In this document: positions 1 through 9,693 of the stretch, piece after piece
Layout of the letters: every line of letters starts with the position of its first letter
Position numbering within the stretch: the stretch's first letter is position 1
From: a virus
DNA length: 64,000 bases
Strand: one strand, 5' to 3'
IMG/VR virus record: IMGVR_UViG_3300010430_000027
Location: 5,347 to 69,346 of that record
Notes under the pieces: generated by a model
Database searches by the model: none
Told to the model about the DNA's origin: nothing
Seen by the model: only the letters and a program-made list of their open reading frames with translations
Translations under genes and position numbers: made by a program

Positions 1-360
1 ATTCGTGATATTTTTACGGGTGAAACTATATATGAAACAGACAATATAGGTGATTTTAAAGAATGGCATAACTCCTTATATAGCGTCGATCATGTGAACC
101 CTAAGCATTATAAGAACTTCTTCCAAGATTTTCAGTGGCTTGAGGTTCAACAACATATAAGCAAGGACATTGAAGCAGTGTGTGAAGGCATGCAGAGAAA
201 GTATGTGGACAGACGTGGTCAAAAAGATGATGAAATCCAAGAATTGAAGAAGTCACTTTGGTACTTGGGATTTTGGATAGCCTACAAAGCGAACGGCAAT
301 AAGCCGATACTCATAAAAGACATTCCCAGGTTAATTGATGTGGAAAATATGTGGAAATAA
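1..360 (+). CDS. DUF3310-family protein (T7 gp1.7-like putative nucleotide kinase), 5' end outside window
   Basis: Frame is open from base 1. Motifs DHVNPKHY and KY..R.G.K...QELKKSLWYL are typical of DUF3310. Confidence 0.7.
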   Translation: MRDIFTGETIYETDNIGDFKEWHNSLYSVDHVNPKHYKNFFQDFQWLEVQQHISKDIEAVCEGMQRKYVDRRGQKDDEIQELKKSLWYLGFWIAYKANGNKPILIKDIPRLIDVENMWK

Positions 361-375
361 TATAAGAGGTATGAA

Positions 376-2340
376 ATGAAAGTCTTGTATGATATAGAGA
401 CTGATGATTTGCTACCAGGTCTTACGAAAATGCATCTGTTGGTTGCACACGATTTGACAAATGACATCAGGTACGAATTTTTGGAGGGAGATGAAGGGTG
501 GCGAAAAATATTGGATAACGCCACAACTGTGATAGGACACAACATAATTAGTTTTGATAATATGGCTTTGAGGAAATTGTTCAACTACGAGTTCCCTAGA
601 TCTGTGAATTTCCACGATACCATGTTAATGTCTCAAATACTCGATTACATGAGATTCGGCTATGGAGGTCATAGTCTACAGGTATGGGGTGAGTATCTCA
701 ATTTTCCAAAAGGTGAGATAGATAGTTACGAAGTATACACAGAGGAGATGCGTGTGTACGGCAACAGAGATGTAGATTTGAACGCCATAGTATACCAAGT
801 GCTGTTGGATGAATTCAAGAGTCTATTCCAAAAAGTTCCTTATATAAAGACCTACATGCAAGCAGAGCACTATGCAGCCAGATGGCAGGCTGAAGCGCAG
901 TTTCATGGATGGCCTTTTGACAAAGAAGGAGCAGAAGTATTGTTCGCCGAACTGGACGTGAAATTGACGGAAATACGAGACAAGTTAGAGCCATTGCTTG
1001 GTTGGAAGTCTATAGTGATGGATAAGGAATTTGGAGAAGTGATTGTCAAGAGTCCCAAGTGGGTGAAGAGCGGTGTATATCATAGTCACACAGCAACATG
1101 GTTTGACATACCTCCAGAGTGTGGTTCGGATATACTGGAACCAGAAGAGATAGTTGACATACTGGAAAATGCTGAAGACTTTGAAGATTCTCCTCTGTTA
1201 CCCATTGCTGCAGCCATTGCAACATACGGTTACAGGCCCATAGAGGGTGACTTCTGTAGAGTGGACTTTGCACCCAGGAGTCTGTCTTCTCCAGCTGATG
1301 TGAAGGTATTTCTATTCAAGCATGGATGGGTACCATCAGAATGGAATACCAAGAAGGATGAAGAGACAGGCGAGATAAAGAATACTTCTCCGAAAATCAT
1401 AGACGAAGATCTTGAATTGTTGGGTGGAGACGGTCAGTTGTATAATGAGTTCAAATCCATGAGTTCCAGACACAGCATAGTTAATACATGGATAGAAGAG
1501 GTTGATGAGAATGGAATGTTACATGGTGAATCTATGCATGTGGGAACACCAAGTATGCGTGTGAGGCATCAGATCATTGTAAATGTACCCACTCCAGAGA
1601 AACCGTATGGAACTGAAATGAGGAAGCTGTTTAAGGCCATGCTTGGGTGGAAGCTCGTAGGTTGTGACTCTGCAGGTAATCAAGCAAGAGGCCTGGCATT
1701 TTATTTGAAGAATAAAGAGTTTCTCAATGTAATCCTCAATGAGGACATTCATGAGTACAATAAAGATAAACTGAATGAGGTCTTGGTCAATCTTGGTTTT
1801 GAACCTGTTTGCGAACGTCATATGGCTAAGAGGATACTGTATGCATTCTTATTCGGAGCTTCCGGAGGAAAGATATGGAGCTACATTTTTGATGTTGACG
1901 ACAGTGTAAATGGAAACATGCTCAAACATGGATTCACCCATGCGGTCCCTGGATTCAAGACACTACTAGACAAGTTGAAAGAGATTTACAAAGCCACCTC
2001 TAGACAGAAAAGAGGTTACGGTTATATACCAGGGATTTCTGGCAACAGAATTTATGTGGATAGTGCACATAAGCTTTTGGTGTATCTCTTACAGAGTCTA
2101 GAGAAGGCCACATGTAGTGCTTCAGTGATGTTGACCATGCAAGGGCTGGAAGATGCAGGGATTCCCTATGTACCATTAATATATTACCATGATGAAGAAG
2201 ATTTCATGGTACCAGAAGAGTACGCTGAAGAGGCAGCTAGAATAGGTAAACAAGCATTTGTTGATGGACCGCGCTTGTTTGACATTGAGATCATGGACGG
2301 TGATAGTAAGATCGGAGATACATGGTATGAAATACATTAG
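376..2340 (+). CDS. polA: Family A DNA polymerase (T7-like) with 3'-5' exonuclease
   Basis: Exonuclease motifs YDIETD, GHNIISFD and Y..RDV; polymerase motifs A (VGCDSAGNQAR), B (RHMAKRILYAFLFG) and C (YHDE). GAGG RBS upstream. Confidence 0.95.
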   Translation: MKVLYDIETDDLLPGLTKMHLLVAHDLTNDIRYEFLEGDEGWRKILDNATTVIGHNIISFDNMALRKLFNYEFPRSVNFHDTMLMSQILDYMRFGYGGHSLQVWGEYLNFPKGEIDSYEVYTEEMRVYGNRDVDLNAIVYQVLLDEFKSLFQKVPYIKTYMQAEHYAARWQAEAQFHGWPFDKEGAEVLFAELDVKLTEIRDKLEPLLGWKSIVMDKEFGEVIVKSPKWVKSGVYHSHTATWFDIPPECGSDILEPEEIVDILENAEDFEDSPLLPIAAAIATYGYRPIEGDFCRVDFAPRSLSSPADVKVFLFKHGWVPSEWNTKKDEETGEIKNTSPKIIDEDLELLGGDGQLYNEFKSMSSRHSIVNTWIEEVDENGMLHGESMHVGTPSMRVRHQIIVNVPTPEKPYGTEMRKLFKAMLGWKLVGCDSAGNQARGLAFYLKNKEFLNVILNEDIHEYNKDKLNEVLVNLGFEPVCERHMAKRILYAFLFGASGGKIWSYIFDVDDSVNGNMLKHGFTHAVPGFKTLLDKLKEIYKATSRQKRGYGYIPGISGNRIYVDSAHKLLVYLLQSLEKATCSASVMLTMQGLEDAGIPYVPLIYYHDEEDFMVPEEYAEEAARIGKQAFVDGPRLFDIEIMDGDSKIGDTWYEIH

Positions 2341-2349
2341 GAGATAACT

Positions 2350-2691
2350 ATGGAACGTATAATAGCAGACGGGAACGGCATGACGGATTATGGTTTACTA
2401 GATCACTTGTCAGAAGAACTTTGGGGAATGTACCAAAATTATCTTGGTGCGAAACCTTCGGAGATTCGAATGGATTACGAGCTATTTTCCGATGACCCGA
2501 AGTACGATGATGCGCGTGAGGACAATCAGTTGTGGGACATGCCGGAAAAGTTTGAAAAAGTAATAGAAATGGACAATGTTTTGATTCCGGGGATGTCGAT
2601 CGGCTACGTTGCATTTGGAAGATATGGAAATCATAAGGTGATCATGGAGTGCAACGCAAGTCCTTTCATGGTATATTGGAAGGAGGAATAA
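2350..2691 (+). CDS. Hypothetical protein
   Basis: 113-aa ORF with GGAG RBS, directly after the polymerase gene. Confidence 0.7.
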   Translation: MERIIADGNGMTDYGLLDHLSEELWGMYQNYLGAKPSEIRMDYELFSDDPKYDDAREDNQLWDMPEKFEKVIEMDNVLIPGMSIGYVAFGRYGNHKVIMECNASPFMVYWKEE

Positions 2692-2720
2692 GTAAAAATT
2701 AGTAAGATTGGAGATACGGT

Positions 2721-2930
2721 ATGAAATATGTTAGAATAGTCACGTTTCAAATTATTGCAATAGTAATACTATCGGGCTGTGACACCGATAGCGCACGAGC
2801 CGTACCCACCCCAGAAGAATTTTGTGAACATCGGGGTGGGGTTTCTTTCATCGAAGCTCATGAGGATTTTAATATTATCTTTTGTGGCAACGGTGAACAC
2901 ATACACGTATTATTGGAGGAAGTATTATGA
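2721..2930 (+). CDS. Small putative lipoprotein
   Basis: Basic N-terminus, hydrophobic stretch and lipobox LSGC; GGAG RBS. Confidence 0.6.
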   Translation: MKYVRIVTFQIIAIVILSGCDTDSARAVPTPEEFCEHRGGVSFIEAHEDFNIIFCGNGEHIHVLLEEVL

Positions 2931-3226
2931 AGTCTCCTAACATCTATATTATAGATGTTGAGTTGTATTCAAACGAAGGTCTCGCACTACCAGATATTCC
3001 AATATCCAAATTGGGTGCACCTTTAGAGACGATTCAAGTGATGGATTTAATTGTGGTGGCCGATTCTTCTGAGTTTTGTGTATTGAAGGATCGGCTATCT
3101 GGCTACAATGAGTTACACCCTATAGATGAACTTCCTGAGTTTCTCACAGACTTTATCAGTAGGTGGTATCTAATATATGAGGACGACGCCAACACAGACT
3201 TTGAGCTCCCTCCTGGGGACTATTAG
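2927..3226 (+). CDS. Hypothetical protein
   Basis: ATGA overlap with the previous stop; GGAGG RBS. Confidence 0.65.
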   Translation: MKSPNIYIIDVELYSNEGLALPDIPISKLGAPLETIQVMDLIVVADSSEFCVLKDRLSGYNELHPIDELPEFLTDFISRWYLIYEDDANTDFELPPGDY

Positions 3227-3233
3227 TAATAGA

Positions 3234-3536
3234 ATGGATGATTTGACAATTTCATTAGAAACCATATCAAAACTACTTCAGAAAGAGTATCCCTTTGAAG
3301 CAGCGGTAATAAAGAACGCCGTAGATCGTCTATCTACAAAAAGTGATTGGATGGTTTCTGCTAAGTACGCATTAGACAGTGAAGTGAACAGAAAGGTACT
3401 AGATGAGAAATCAGAAAAGATTGTTAATGATTTTCTCAATAGACACAAACCCAAAACCAATCGGAGTGGCGATGACCGACGAACATCTGATAGAAGAATT
3501 AAAGCAAAGAATTCAAAATTTACTGCTCAACATTGA
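3234..3536 (+). CDS. Hypothetical protein
   Basis: ORF 3177-3536; the internal ATG at 3234, just after the previous stop, is the likelier start. Confidence 0.5.
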   Translation: MDDLTISLETISKLLQKEYPFEAAVIKNAVDRLSTKSDWMVSAKYALDSEVNRKVLDEKSEKIVNDFLNRHKPKTNRSGDDRRTSDRRIKAKNSKFTAQH

Positions 3537-3672
3537 GTCCTTAGAGACTTCATTGGCTATAGAAGAAATTAAATCAAAGACTCTTGATTTAGCGCTATAT
3601 CAGATTGAAGGATACTCGATAACACACGAACAGGCTGTTGAAACAGCACGAAAAGCTAGAGAAATTAAATGA
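3472..3672 (+). CDS. Hypothetical coiled-coil protein
   Basis: GGAG RBS before ATG 3472; stop overlaps the next start (ATGA). Confidence 0.6.
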   Translation: MTDEHLIEELKQRIQNLLLNIESLETSLAIEEIKSKTLDLALYQIEGYSITHEQAVETARKAREIK

Positions 3673-4508
3673 CCTTATTATTGATAATAGACGGTGATCC
3701 CTTAGCTCATCTTGCATGTAGATATGATAGGTGGCAAGCTAAGTGCAAAAGAGAGGATGATAAACTTCTAGTAAATATTGGAGAAGATGGCACAAAAGAA
3801 CATTTAGAATACACCAAGGAAGAAAATAGAAAATATATGGAAGAATCTTGGGATAACTTTTTGAAGCTAGTAGAATCACTTCAAGAGAAGTTCTATACAA
3901 ATGACTATCTCATGGCAGTTAAGGGCGATGGGAACTTTAGAATGGAAATCTTTCCAGAGTATAAAGCCAACAGGCGAAGGGCCGCTATAGCGAGACCCGA
4001 TAACAGAAGGACATTTGTGGATGCGGTCACGCAATTGTCTGTCGAAGAAGGCATGTCTGAGCCAGCACACGGTAGAGAAGCTGATGATTTGGTCAGAATA
4101 TGGGCAGAGAATGCGATACGTGAAAAGAGGGATTTCATAGTGTGCACTATTGATAAAGATCTAAAATGCATACCAGGTAGGTTTTATGATCCTAAGAAAA
4201 AAGAGATGTTTGATATCTCTGAGGAAGAAGCTAAGCGTCACTATTATGAGCAAATTTTACAAGGGGATCAATCAGATGGGATTCCAGGTGTTCCCGGAAT
4301 GGGACCAATAACTGCTCAAAAAAGCTTAGAAGGTTGTGTAACAGATGCGGACTATCAAGAAACGATTGCAGGGCATTATATAGCTGCATACGACAAAGAG
4401 TGGGTGGAAATGCTAACGCTTAATGGCAGATTGATCCACATTCAAAAAACTCTCGACGATGTCTTCTCGGTGGAAGACTGGGCTATAGTGCAAGAGTTGG
4501 AGAGATAA
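3669..4508 (+). CDS. 5'-3' exonuclease / flap endonuclease (T7 gp6 / T5 D15-like)
   Basis: Motifs IDGD, NFR..IFPEYKANR, EADD, DKD and helix-3-turn-helix GDQSDGIPGVPGMG. Confidence 0.92.
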   Translation: MTLLLIIDGDPLAHLACRYDRWQAKCKREDDKLLVNIGEDGTKEHLEYTKEENRKYMEESWDNFLKLVESLQEKFYTNDYLMAVKGDGNFRMEIFPEYKANRRRAAIARPDNRRTFVDAVTQLSVEEGMSEPAHGREADDLVRIWAENAIREKRDFIVCTIDKDLKCIPGRFYDPKKKEMFDISEEEAKRHYYEQILQGDQSDGIPGVPGMGPITAQKSLEGCVTDADYQETIAGHYIAAYDKEWVEMLTLNGRLIHIQKTLDDVFSVEDWAIVQELER

Positions 4509-4531
4509 CATGAGACTACACAGGAGACACC

Positions 4532-4807
4532 ATGGTTGCGGTAAAGAAAACAGTAAAGAAGAAAGGACCACTCTCACCAAGAATTTCGCTTGGGAAAAGC
4601 GGGATATATGTTATGGAGCATTGGAAATCAAAGAGGCTCATGGAGTTGTTAATTTTCTATAGTTACAGTCAAGCTGTCTCTTATGCAGAAAAGATGAGTT
4701 TGAAAAACAAAGCCATCAAAATGAAAGGTGGTCTCAGATGTACAACCTGTAGTTCACCTTTCAATGCAGATGCATTTTGTCATATTATGAAGGCTAAGGA
4801 GTTCTAG
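4532..4807 (+). CDS. Hypothetical basic protein
   Basis: AGGAG RBS; CxxC near the C-terminus. Confidence 0.55.
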   Translation: MVAVKKTVKKKGPLSPRISLGKSGIYVMEHWKSKRLMELLIFYSYSQAVSYAEKMSLKNKAIKMKGGLRCTTCSSPFNADAFCHIMKAKEF

Positions 4808-5280
4808 TGAGAATTCCGCCAATTAAAAGAACGCTAATAGACTTAGATGACTTTGACAACGGTCATTGGAAATTCCCAGAACAGCTCATGATTGATTATT
4901 CGGGTTTCATCTATGTTATCCGTGACAATATTCTGAGAAGGTTTTATCTAGGTAAGAAGACGTTCAGGCATCAGCGAGGTCAAAACAAAGGCAAGGAAAT
5001 GCCAGGTTGGAGGAAATACAAATCTTCTTCACCTTTATTAAAGGAGCTGTTTGCTGTAAGACCTATTTATGATGAGTTTGAATTTATAGTCTTAGAACAA
5101 TATAAGACAAAAGGGACTCTTTCTTACGGTGAAACATGGACGTTATGCCATGTGGAGGCTCCAACAAATCTTACGTGGTATAACACACGTATAGAGAAAG
5201 TCTCGTGGCCAGTAAAGGAGGGGATATCAGAAAGACATAAAGATCGATTGTCAGATGTAATTAACATGAGGACAATGTAA
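4807..5280 (+). CDS. GIY-YIG (Seg-like) nuclease
   Basis: GFIYVIRD...FYLGKK, WRKYKSSS and C-terminal WYN are characteristic of phage GIY-YIG/Seg-like proteins. Confidence 0.7.
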   Translation: MRIPPIKRTLIDLDDFDNGHWKFPEQLMIDYSGFIYVIRDNILRRFYLGKKTFRHQRGQNKGKEMPGWRKYKSSSPLLKELFAVRPIYDEFEFIVLEQYKTKGTLSYGETWTLCHVEAPTNLTWYNTRIEKVSWPVKEGISERHKDRLSDVINMRTM

Positions 5281-5789
5281 TGCCAGTGACGTTCAATTGC
5301 AGTGATGTAGGAGAATCGTATAAAGATGACTTTACAGACGGTGGTCCTAAGGTAACCGTAATAGCATTTTGGCCTGTGGAAGAGCTATCGTCAAATTATG
5401 AGAAGCCAGAAGCAAAGTCTATCTCTTGTTGCTATTATAGAGCTGCTGCAATAACCTCTAAGTTTTCTTTACAAGTGATAACTAAACCAGAACAAGCCAG
5501 CATACCTGAAAGGATTCCGGTGGTGGCATTTGAAGAGTCAAGAAGAACAGACCAGTACGTATTTGATTTCGTAGAATTTCACCATTCAGTAAACATGACA
5601 TACGTCTTGGGAAATACGTATTATCAGTACCCGAGTGAGCATTTTGATGTAGATTATATTGTAAATGTAGAAGTGTATGGTAAGCCAGAAAATAGAAAAG
5701 CGCCATTCTACGGTTCACAAGTAATTCCATTAATATGGTATGATCGGGAATTACAATTCAGAGGTATACACGGCGGAAAAAATTTATGA
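5280..5789 (+). CDS. Hypothetical protein
   Basis: 169-aa ORF translationally coupled (TAATG) to the previous gene. Confidence 0.6.
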   Translation: MPVTFNCSDVGESYKDDFTDGGPKVTVIAFWPVEELSSNYEKPEAKSISCCYYRAAAITSKFSLQVITKPEQASIPERIPVVAFEESRRTDQYVFDFVEFHHSVNMTYVLGNTYYQYPSEHFDVDYIVNVEVYGKPENRKAPFYGSQVIPLIWYDRELQFRGIHGGKNL

Positions 5790-5980
5790 AGATGATCGTA
5801 TTTTTATTATCAGCGCTAGCTTCACTAGGGATCATAAGCGATGTTCTGTACGAATTAATAATAAAGATATTTGAAAGTGGATATATATCTTTAAGTATAG
5901 GAGAGCGTTTTATGCTTGGTGCGGCGATGCTTTGTATAGCCTTAGCTACAACCGAGAATAAGAAACCAGGAGTGATTTAA
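5786..5980 (+). CDS. Small membrane protein
   Basis: Two hydrophobic segments; overlaps neighbouring start and stop codons. Confidence 0.55.
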   Translation: MKMIVFLLSALASLGIISDVLYELIIKIFESGYISLSIGERFMLGAAMLCIALATTENKKPGVI

Positions 5981-7635
5981 TGAGTAAAGTAGTAACCAAG
6001 AATAAGCCTTGTTTGGACACCACAAAGTGTGGATCCAGCGATGCGAGGCAGATCTACGATAGTGGATCATCCTTCTGTTTCTCCTGTCAGACCTTTTTCC
6101 CAAAAGGTTACGGAGAGGCAAAAGAAAATACAGAACCTGCTGAAACGGAGTTCACGCCAACAACCAATGTGACACGAAAAGATTTGTTTGAAGAAATAAA
6201 AGGCTATCCAACAAAAGAGTTCGCTGACAGAAAAATCGATAAAGAGATCAATGAGCTATACGATGTTAAAGTCACACATGGTTCAAATGGAAAGATTGAC
6301 GCACATTATTATCCATATAAAGAAGGTTACAAGATAAGAACATTGCCCAAAACTTTTGAATGGCTGGGTAAGTCCGGTGGACTTTTCGGTAAAGATCTGT
6401 TTAACGGTGGAGGTAAGAGATTGACCATCTGTGAAGGAGAGATCGATACACTGTCTATGGCCCAGGCTAGTTATAATAAATACAAAAAGGCATATCCGAT
6501 CATTGGCTTGTCATCATCAGGGGCCACCAAAGAGCTTCTCAAGGAACGTGATTGGATCAGAACCTTTGATTCAGTTGTACTTTGTTTTGATAATGATGAG
6601 GCTGGAAAGAAGGCCACAAAAGAAGCAACAAAGATAATTGGAATTGACAAAGTATTGATAGCCAGGATGACGTCTGAGGATGTCAATGAGACATTCCTGC
6701 GTAAAGGTTGGCAGGAAGTTATGAGAAACACGTGGGATGCTCAACCCCATATACCTGATGGTATAGTAACAAAAGAGGCATTGTGGGATTCTCTGGTAGA
6801 GTACAACAACAAAGTATCATTTCCTTATCCCAATTGTCTAGAAGGTCTAAATACTAAGTTCAAAGGAATGAGAACAGGTGAAATCACGCTATTCGTGTCT
6901 GGAACAGGTTCAGGTAAGAGTACGTTGCTCAGAGAAGTAATGTTGCATATACTTGAGACGAGTGGTGATAAGATTGGTATAGTGGAACTTGAAGAATCTC
7001 CTGCAGAGACTGCCAGAAAGCTAGCAGGAATGTCATTGGAACGTAATCCAGCATATGAAGAAATCCCATTGGAAGAGCTAAAATCGGGGTTTGACAAAGT
7101 ATTCGGTGAAGACAAGATCATTCTATTAGACCACCAAGGTTCTATGAGTGACACTTCTATAGTGGATCAACTAGAATACATGGCACTGTCTGGTTGTAAA
7201 TATTTATTCATCGATCATATAACAATCCTAGTTTCAGAAGGTGTAGACAACTTACAAGGATTGGAAGCTCAAGACAGAGTAATGAATGATTTGCTGAGAC
7301 TGGTTAAGAGGCATGACGTATGGATTGGTCTTGTTTCGCATCTCAGAAAAGTCCAAGTAGGAGCGACATCATTCGAAGAAGGTAGATTACCTACATTGGA
7401 TGACATCAGAGGTTCAGGCTCATTGAAGCAAATAGCTTTCGATATTGTGGCCTTTGCTAGATCGATGTCAGCACCGAGCGAAGAGGAAAGAAATACGATA
7501 AAGATTCGTAGTCTCAAATGTCGTTTCAGTGGTCTTACAGGAGATACAAAGAGCGCGTTCTACAACTTCAAAACAGGCAGAGTCTTGCAAGCAGAGAAAG
7601 AGTTCTGTGACAAAACCTTCACACAAATCGGTTAG
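5980..7635 (+). CDS. Primase-helicase (T7 gp4-like)
   Basis: N-terminal Cys zinc finger (C..C...CFSC), TOPRIM motifs CEGEID and FDND, Walker A SGTGSGKS, IDHI, VSHLRK and DIRGSG. Confidence 0.95.
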   Translation: MSKVVTKNKPCLDTTKCGSSDARQIYDSGSSFCFSCQTFFPKGYGEAKENTEPAETEFTPTTNVTRKDLFEEIKGYPTKEFADRKIDKEINELYDVKVTHGSNGKIDAHYYPYKEGYKIRTLPKTFEWLGKSGGLFGKDLFNGGGKRLTICEGEIDTLSMAQASYNKYKKAYPIIGLSSSGATKELLKERDWIRTFDSVVLCFDNDEAGKKATKEATKIIGIDKVLIARMTSEDVNETFLRKGWQEVMRNTWDAQPHIPDGIVTKEALWDSLVEYNNKVSFPYPNCLEGLNTKFKGMRTGEITLFVSGTGSGKSTLLREVMLHILETSGDKIGIVELEESPAETARKLAGMSLERNPAYEEIPLEELKSGFDKVFGEDKIILLDHQGSMSDTSIVDQLEYMALSGCKYLFIDHITILVSEGVDNLQGLEAQDRVMNDLLRLVKRHDVWIGLVSHLRKVQVGATSFEEGRLPTLDDIRGSGSLKQIAFDIVAFARSMSAPSEEERNTIKIRSLKCRFSGLTGDTKSAFYNFKTGRVLQAEKEFCDKTFTQIG

Positions 7636-7645
7636 GAGCAAATTG

Positions 7646-9589
7646 ATGGAATACTTAGAATTACCTAGAATAGAAACTCCCTGGAGTTCAATAGGTTATT
7701 TAACATATAAGCGTACATACAGTCGTAAATTCGAGAATGAAGAAGAGGAGTTGTTAGCGCCTGAAGCGCCGACTGAAGAATTTGAAGATACCGTTCTAAG
7801 GGTCATAAATGCTTGTGATGAGCAATTTAATTGTAACTTTACGCGAGATGAAGAATATAGATTAGCTGGGTATTTCTTAGCGTTGAAAACATCTGTTGCA
7901 GGTAGATTCTGGTGGCAAGCCGGTACTGCAACGGTGGATAGATTAGGACTGGCTTCACTACAGAACTGTGCATTCGTCACAGTAGATTCACCTGTGAGAC
8001 CTTTTACTTGGTGTATGGATATGTTGGCACTGGGCTCCGGTGTTGGATATAACATACAAAATGAGCATATAGACAAGTTACCGAAGGTGAGACCTTGGTT
8101 CAAAGCACCGATACGCTTGGATGATGGTAGTGCGGATTTTATTGTACCAGACTCCAGAGAAGGCTGGGTCAAGCTGCTGGGTAAGACACTTAAAGCAGCG
8201 TTCTTGTCAGACCGACCAGAGCAAGGTACGTTCACGTATTCAACACAGATCATTCGAGGAAAGGGATCACCCATTAAGGGCTTTGGTGGCGTGGCTTCTG
8301 GCCCGGAAGATCTTGTGTGGGGCATAAATCAGATATCTTTGATACTGGAAGATAGAGGTGGCAAGAAGATTAAGCCAATACATGCGCTTGACATAATGAA
8401 CATTATTGGATATATAATTGTTGCTGGTAACGTTAGACGTTCAGCGCAGATAGCTATAGGAGATTGTGATGATGTCGAATTCTTATTGGCAAAAAGATGG
8501 GATATGGGTGGCATCCCCAAGTGGCGCTCAATGTCAAATAACAGTGTCGTCTGCAACGATCTCGCTGACTTACACCCATACTTCTGGGATGGGTATGACG
8601 GAAGAGGTGAGCCATATGGACTCATCAACCTTGAACTTTCACGTAGCTGTGGCAGATTGGGAGAAACTTGGTATGACGATCCAAATGTTGAAGGATATAA
8701 TCCATGCGCCGAGCAGAGTTTGGAACCTTACGAAACCTGTTGTTTAGCTGAAATATTCTTACCAAACATTGAATCTTTGGAAGAACTCATAGATGCAACT
8801 GAGCTGCTATATAGGATCAATAAACATGCTATGACACTCAATTCTCATTTAAAAGAGACTCAGGAAGTGGTTCATAACAACATGCGTATGGGAATAGGTG
8901 TCACAGGTTATTTACAGGCCAGTGACGAACAAAAGAATTGGTTGGATTATACGTACAGGTATCTCAGGAAGTTCGATAAGAAGTATTCTGCGTTACATGA
9001 TCTACCTGAATCTATAAAACTTACGACAGTGAAACCCAGTGGGACGCTATCATTACTACCAGGTGTAACTCCGGGATGCCATCCAGGCTATTCCCAGTAT
9101 ATGTATCGCAGGATAACCATAGCATCAGAGCATTCTTTAACACAGGTGTGTAGAGAGAAAGGTTATCCTGTTGAATTTAAAAAGAATTTAGACGGCACTG
9201 AAGATTATGGATCATGCGTTGTGACATTTCCTTACAGATACCCTGAGGGTACTGTGTTGGCGAAAGACATGACGGCATTGAAACAACTTGATACAGTGCG
9301 CGAATTGCAAACCAGGTGGTCGGATAACAGTGTAAGCTGCACCATATATTATAGAAAGGAGGAGATTCCAGAAATCAAACAATACTTGAGATTTAGATAT
9401 GCCACTTGTCATAAGAGTCTTTCATTCTTATTGCACAGTGAGCACGGCTTTGAACAAGCTCCTTATGAAGAGGTAACAAAGGAGAAATATGAAGAATTGG
9501 TGGCACAAGTTGAACCGATAACGGATATCGTGTCGGCTGAATTTGAGGCCATTGATGAATGCGCCGGAGGAATGTGTCCGGTGAAATGA
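7646..9589 (+). CDS. nrdJ: Class II (adenosylcobalamin-dependent) ribonucleotide reductase
   Basis: Motifs KRTYSR, NCAF, PDSREGW, AGNVRRSA, NPCAEQ, TTVKPSGT and C-terminal CAGGMCP. The start at ATG 7646 follows an AGGAG RBS. Confidence 0.93.
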   Translation: MEYLELPRIETPWSSIGYLTYKRTYSRKFENEEEELLAPEAPTEEFEDTVLRVINACDEQFNCNFTRDEEYRLAGYFLALKTSVAGRFWWQAGTATVDRLGLASLQNCAFVTVDSPVRPFTWCMDMLALGSGVGYNIQNEHIDKLPKVRPWFKAPIRLDDGSADFIVPDSREGWVKLLGKTLKAAFLSDRPEQGTFTYSTQIIRGKGSPIKGFGGVASGPEDLVWGINQISLILEDRGGKKIKPIHALDIMNIIGYIIVAGNVRRSAQIAIGDCDDVEFLLAKRWDMGGIPKWRSMSNNSVVCNDLADLHPYFWDGYDGRGEPYGLINLELSRSCGRLGETWYDDPNVEGYNPCAEQSLEPYETCCLAEIFLPNIESLEELIDATELLYRINKHAMTLNSHLKETQEVVHNNMRMGIGVTGYLQASDEQKNWLDYTYRYLRKFDKKYSALHDLPESIKLTTVKPSGTLSLLPGVTPGCHPGYSQYMYRRITIASEHSLTQVCREKGYPVEFKKNLDGTEDYGSCVVTFPYRYPEGTVLAKDMTALKQLDTVRELQTRWSDNSVSCTIYYRKEEIPEIKQYLRFRYATCHKSLSFLLHSEHGFEQAPYEEVTKEKYEELVAQVEPITDIVSAEFEAIDECAGGMCPVK

Positions 9590-9597
9590 GCACGTGC

Positions 9598-9665
9598 GCG
9601 CCCGATCCTGAAAGCTGATGGTTCCCTTGGGGGATAGGTTTAGTAGGGATGCGGGCGCATTTTAC
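9598..9665 (+). other. GC-rich stem-loop between nrdJ and the pentamer array (terminator or array leader)
   Basis: GCGCCCG (9598-9604) pairs with CGGGCGC (9652-9658), with inner ATCCT/AGGGAT; followed by ATTTT. Confidence 0.45.
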
Positions 9666-9693
9666 TTGTTGGCATACGAGTCTCCAATTTAAT

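Noticed and set aside
376-2340. Z-genome (DpoZ/PurZ) system suggested by the odd polymerase motifs and the MazG-like gene
   Set aside because: No purZ or datZ-like gene is visible in this window. It cannot be excluded for the rest of the genome.
7529-7645. N-terminal extension of the RNR ORF in the track
   Set aside because: It overlaps the helicase C-terminus; a clear AGGAG RBS precedes ATG 7646.
5980-9589. Inteins or introns in helicase, RNR, polymerase or terminase
   Set aside because: Protein lengths are normal, frames are uninterrupted and no intein or LAGLIDADG motifs were seen.
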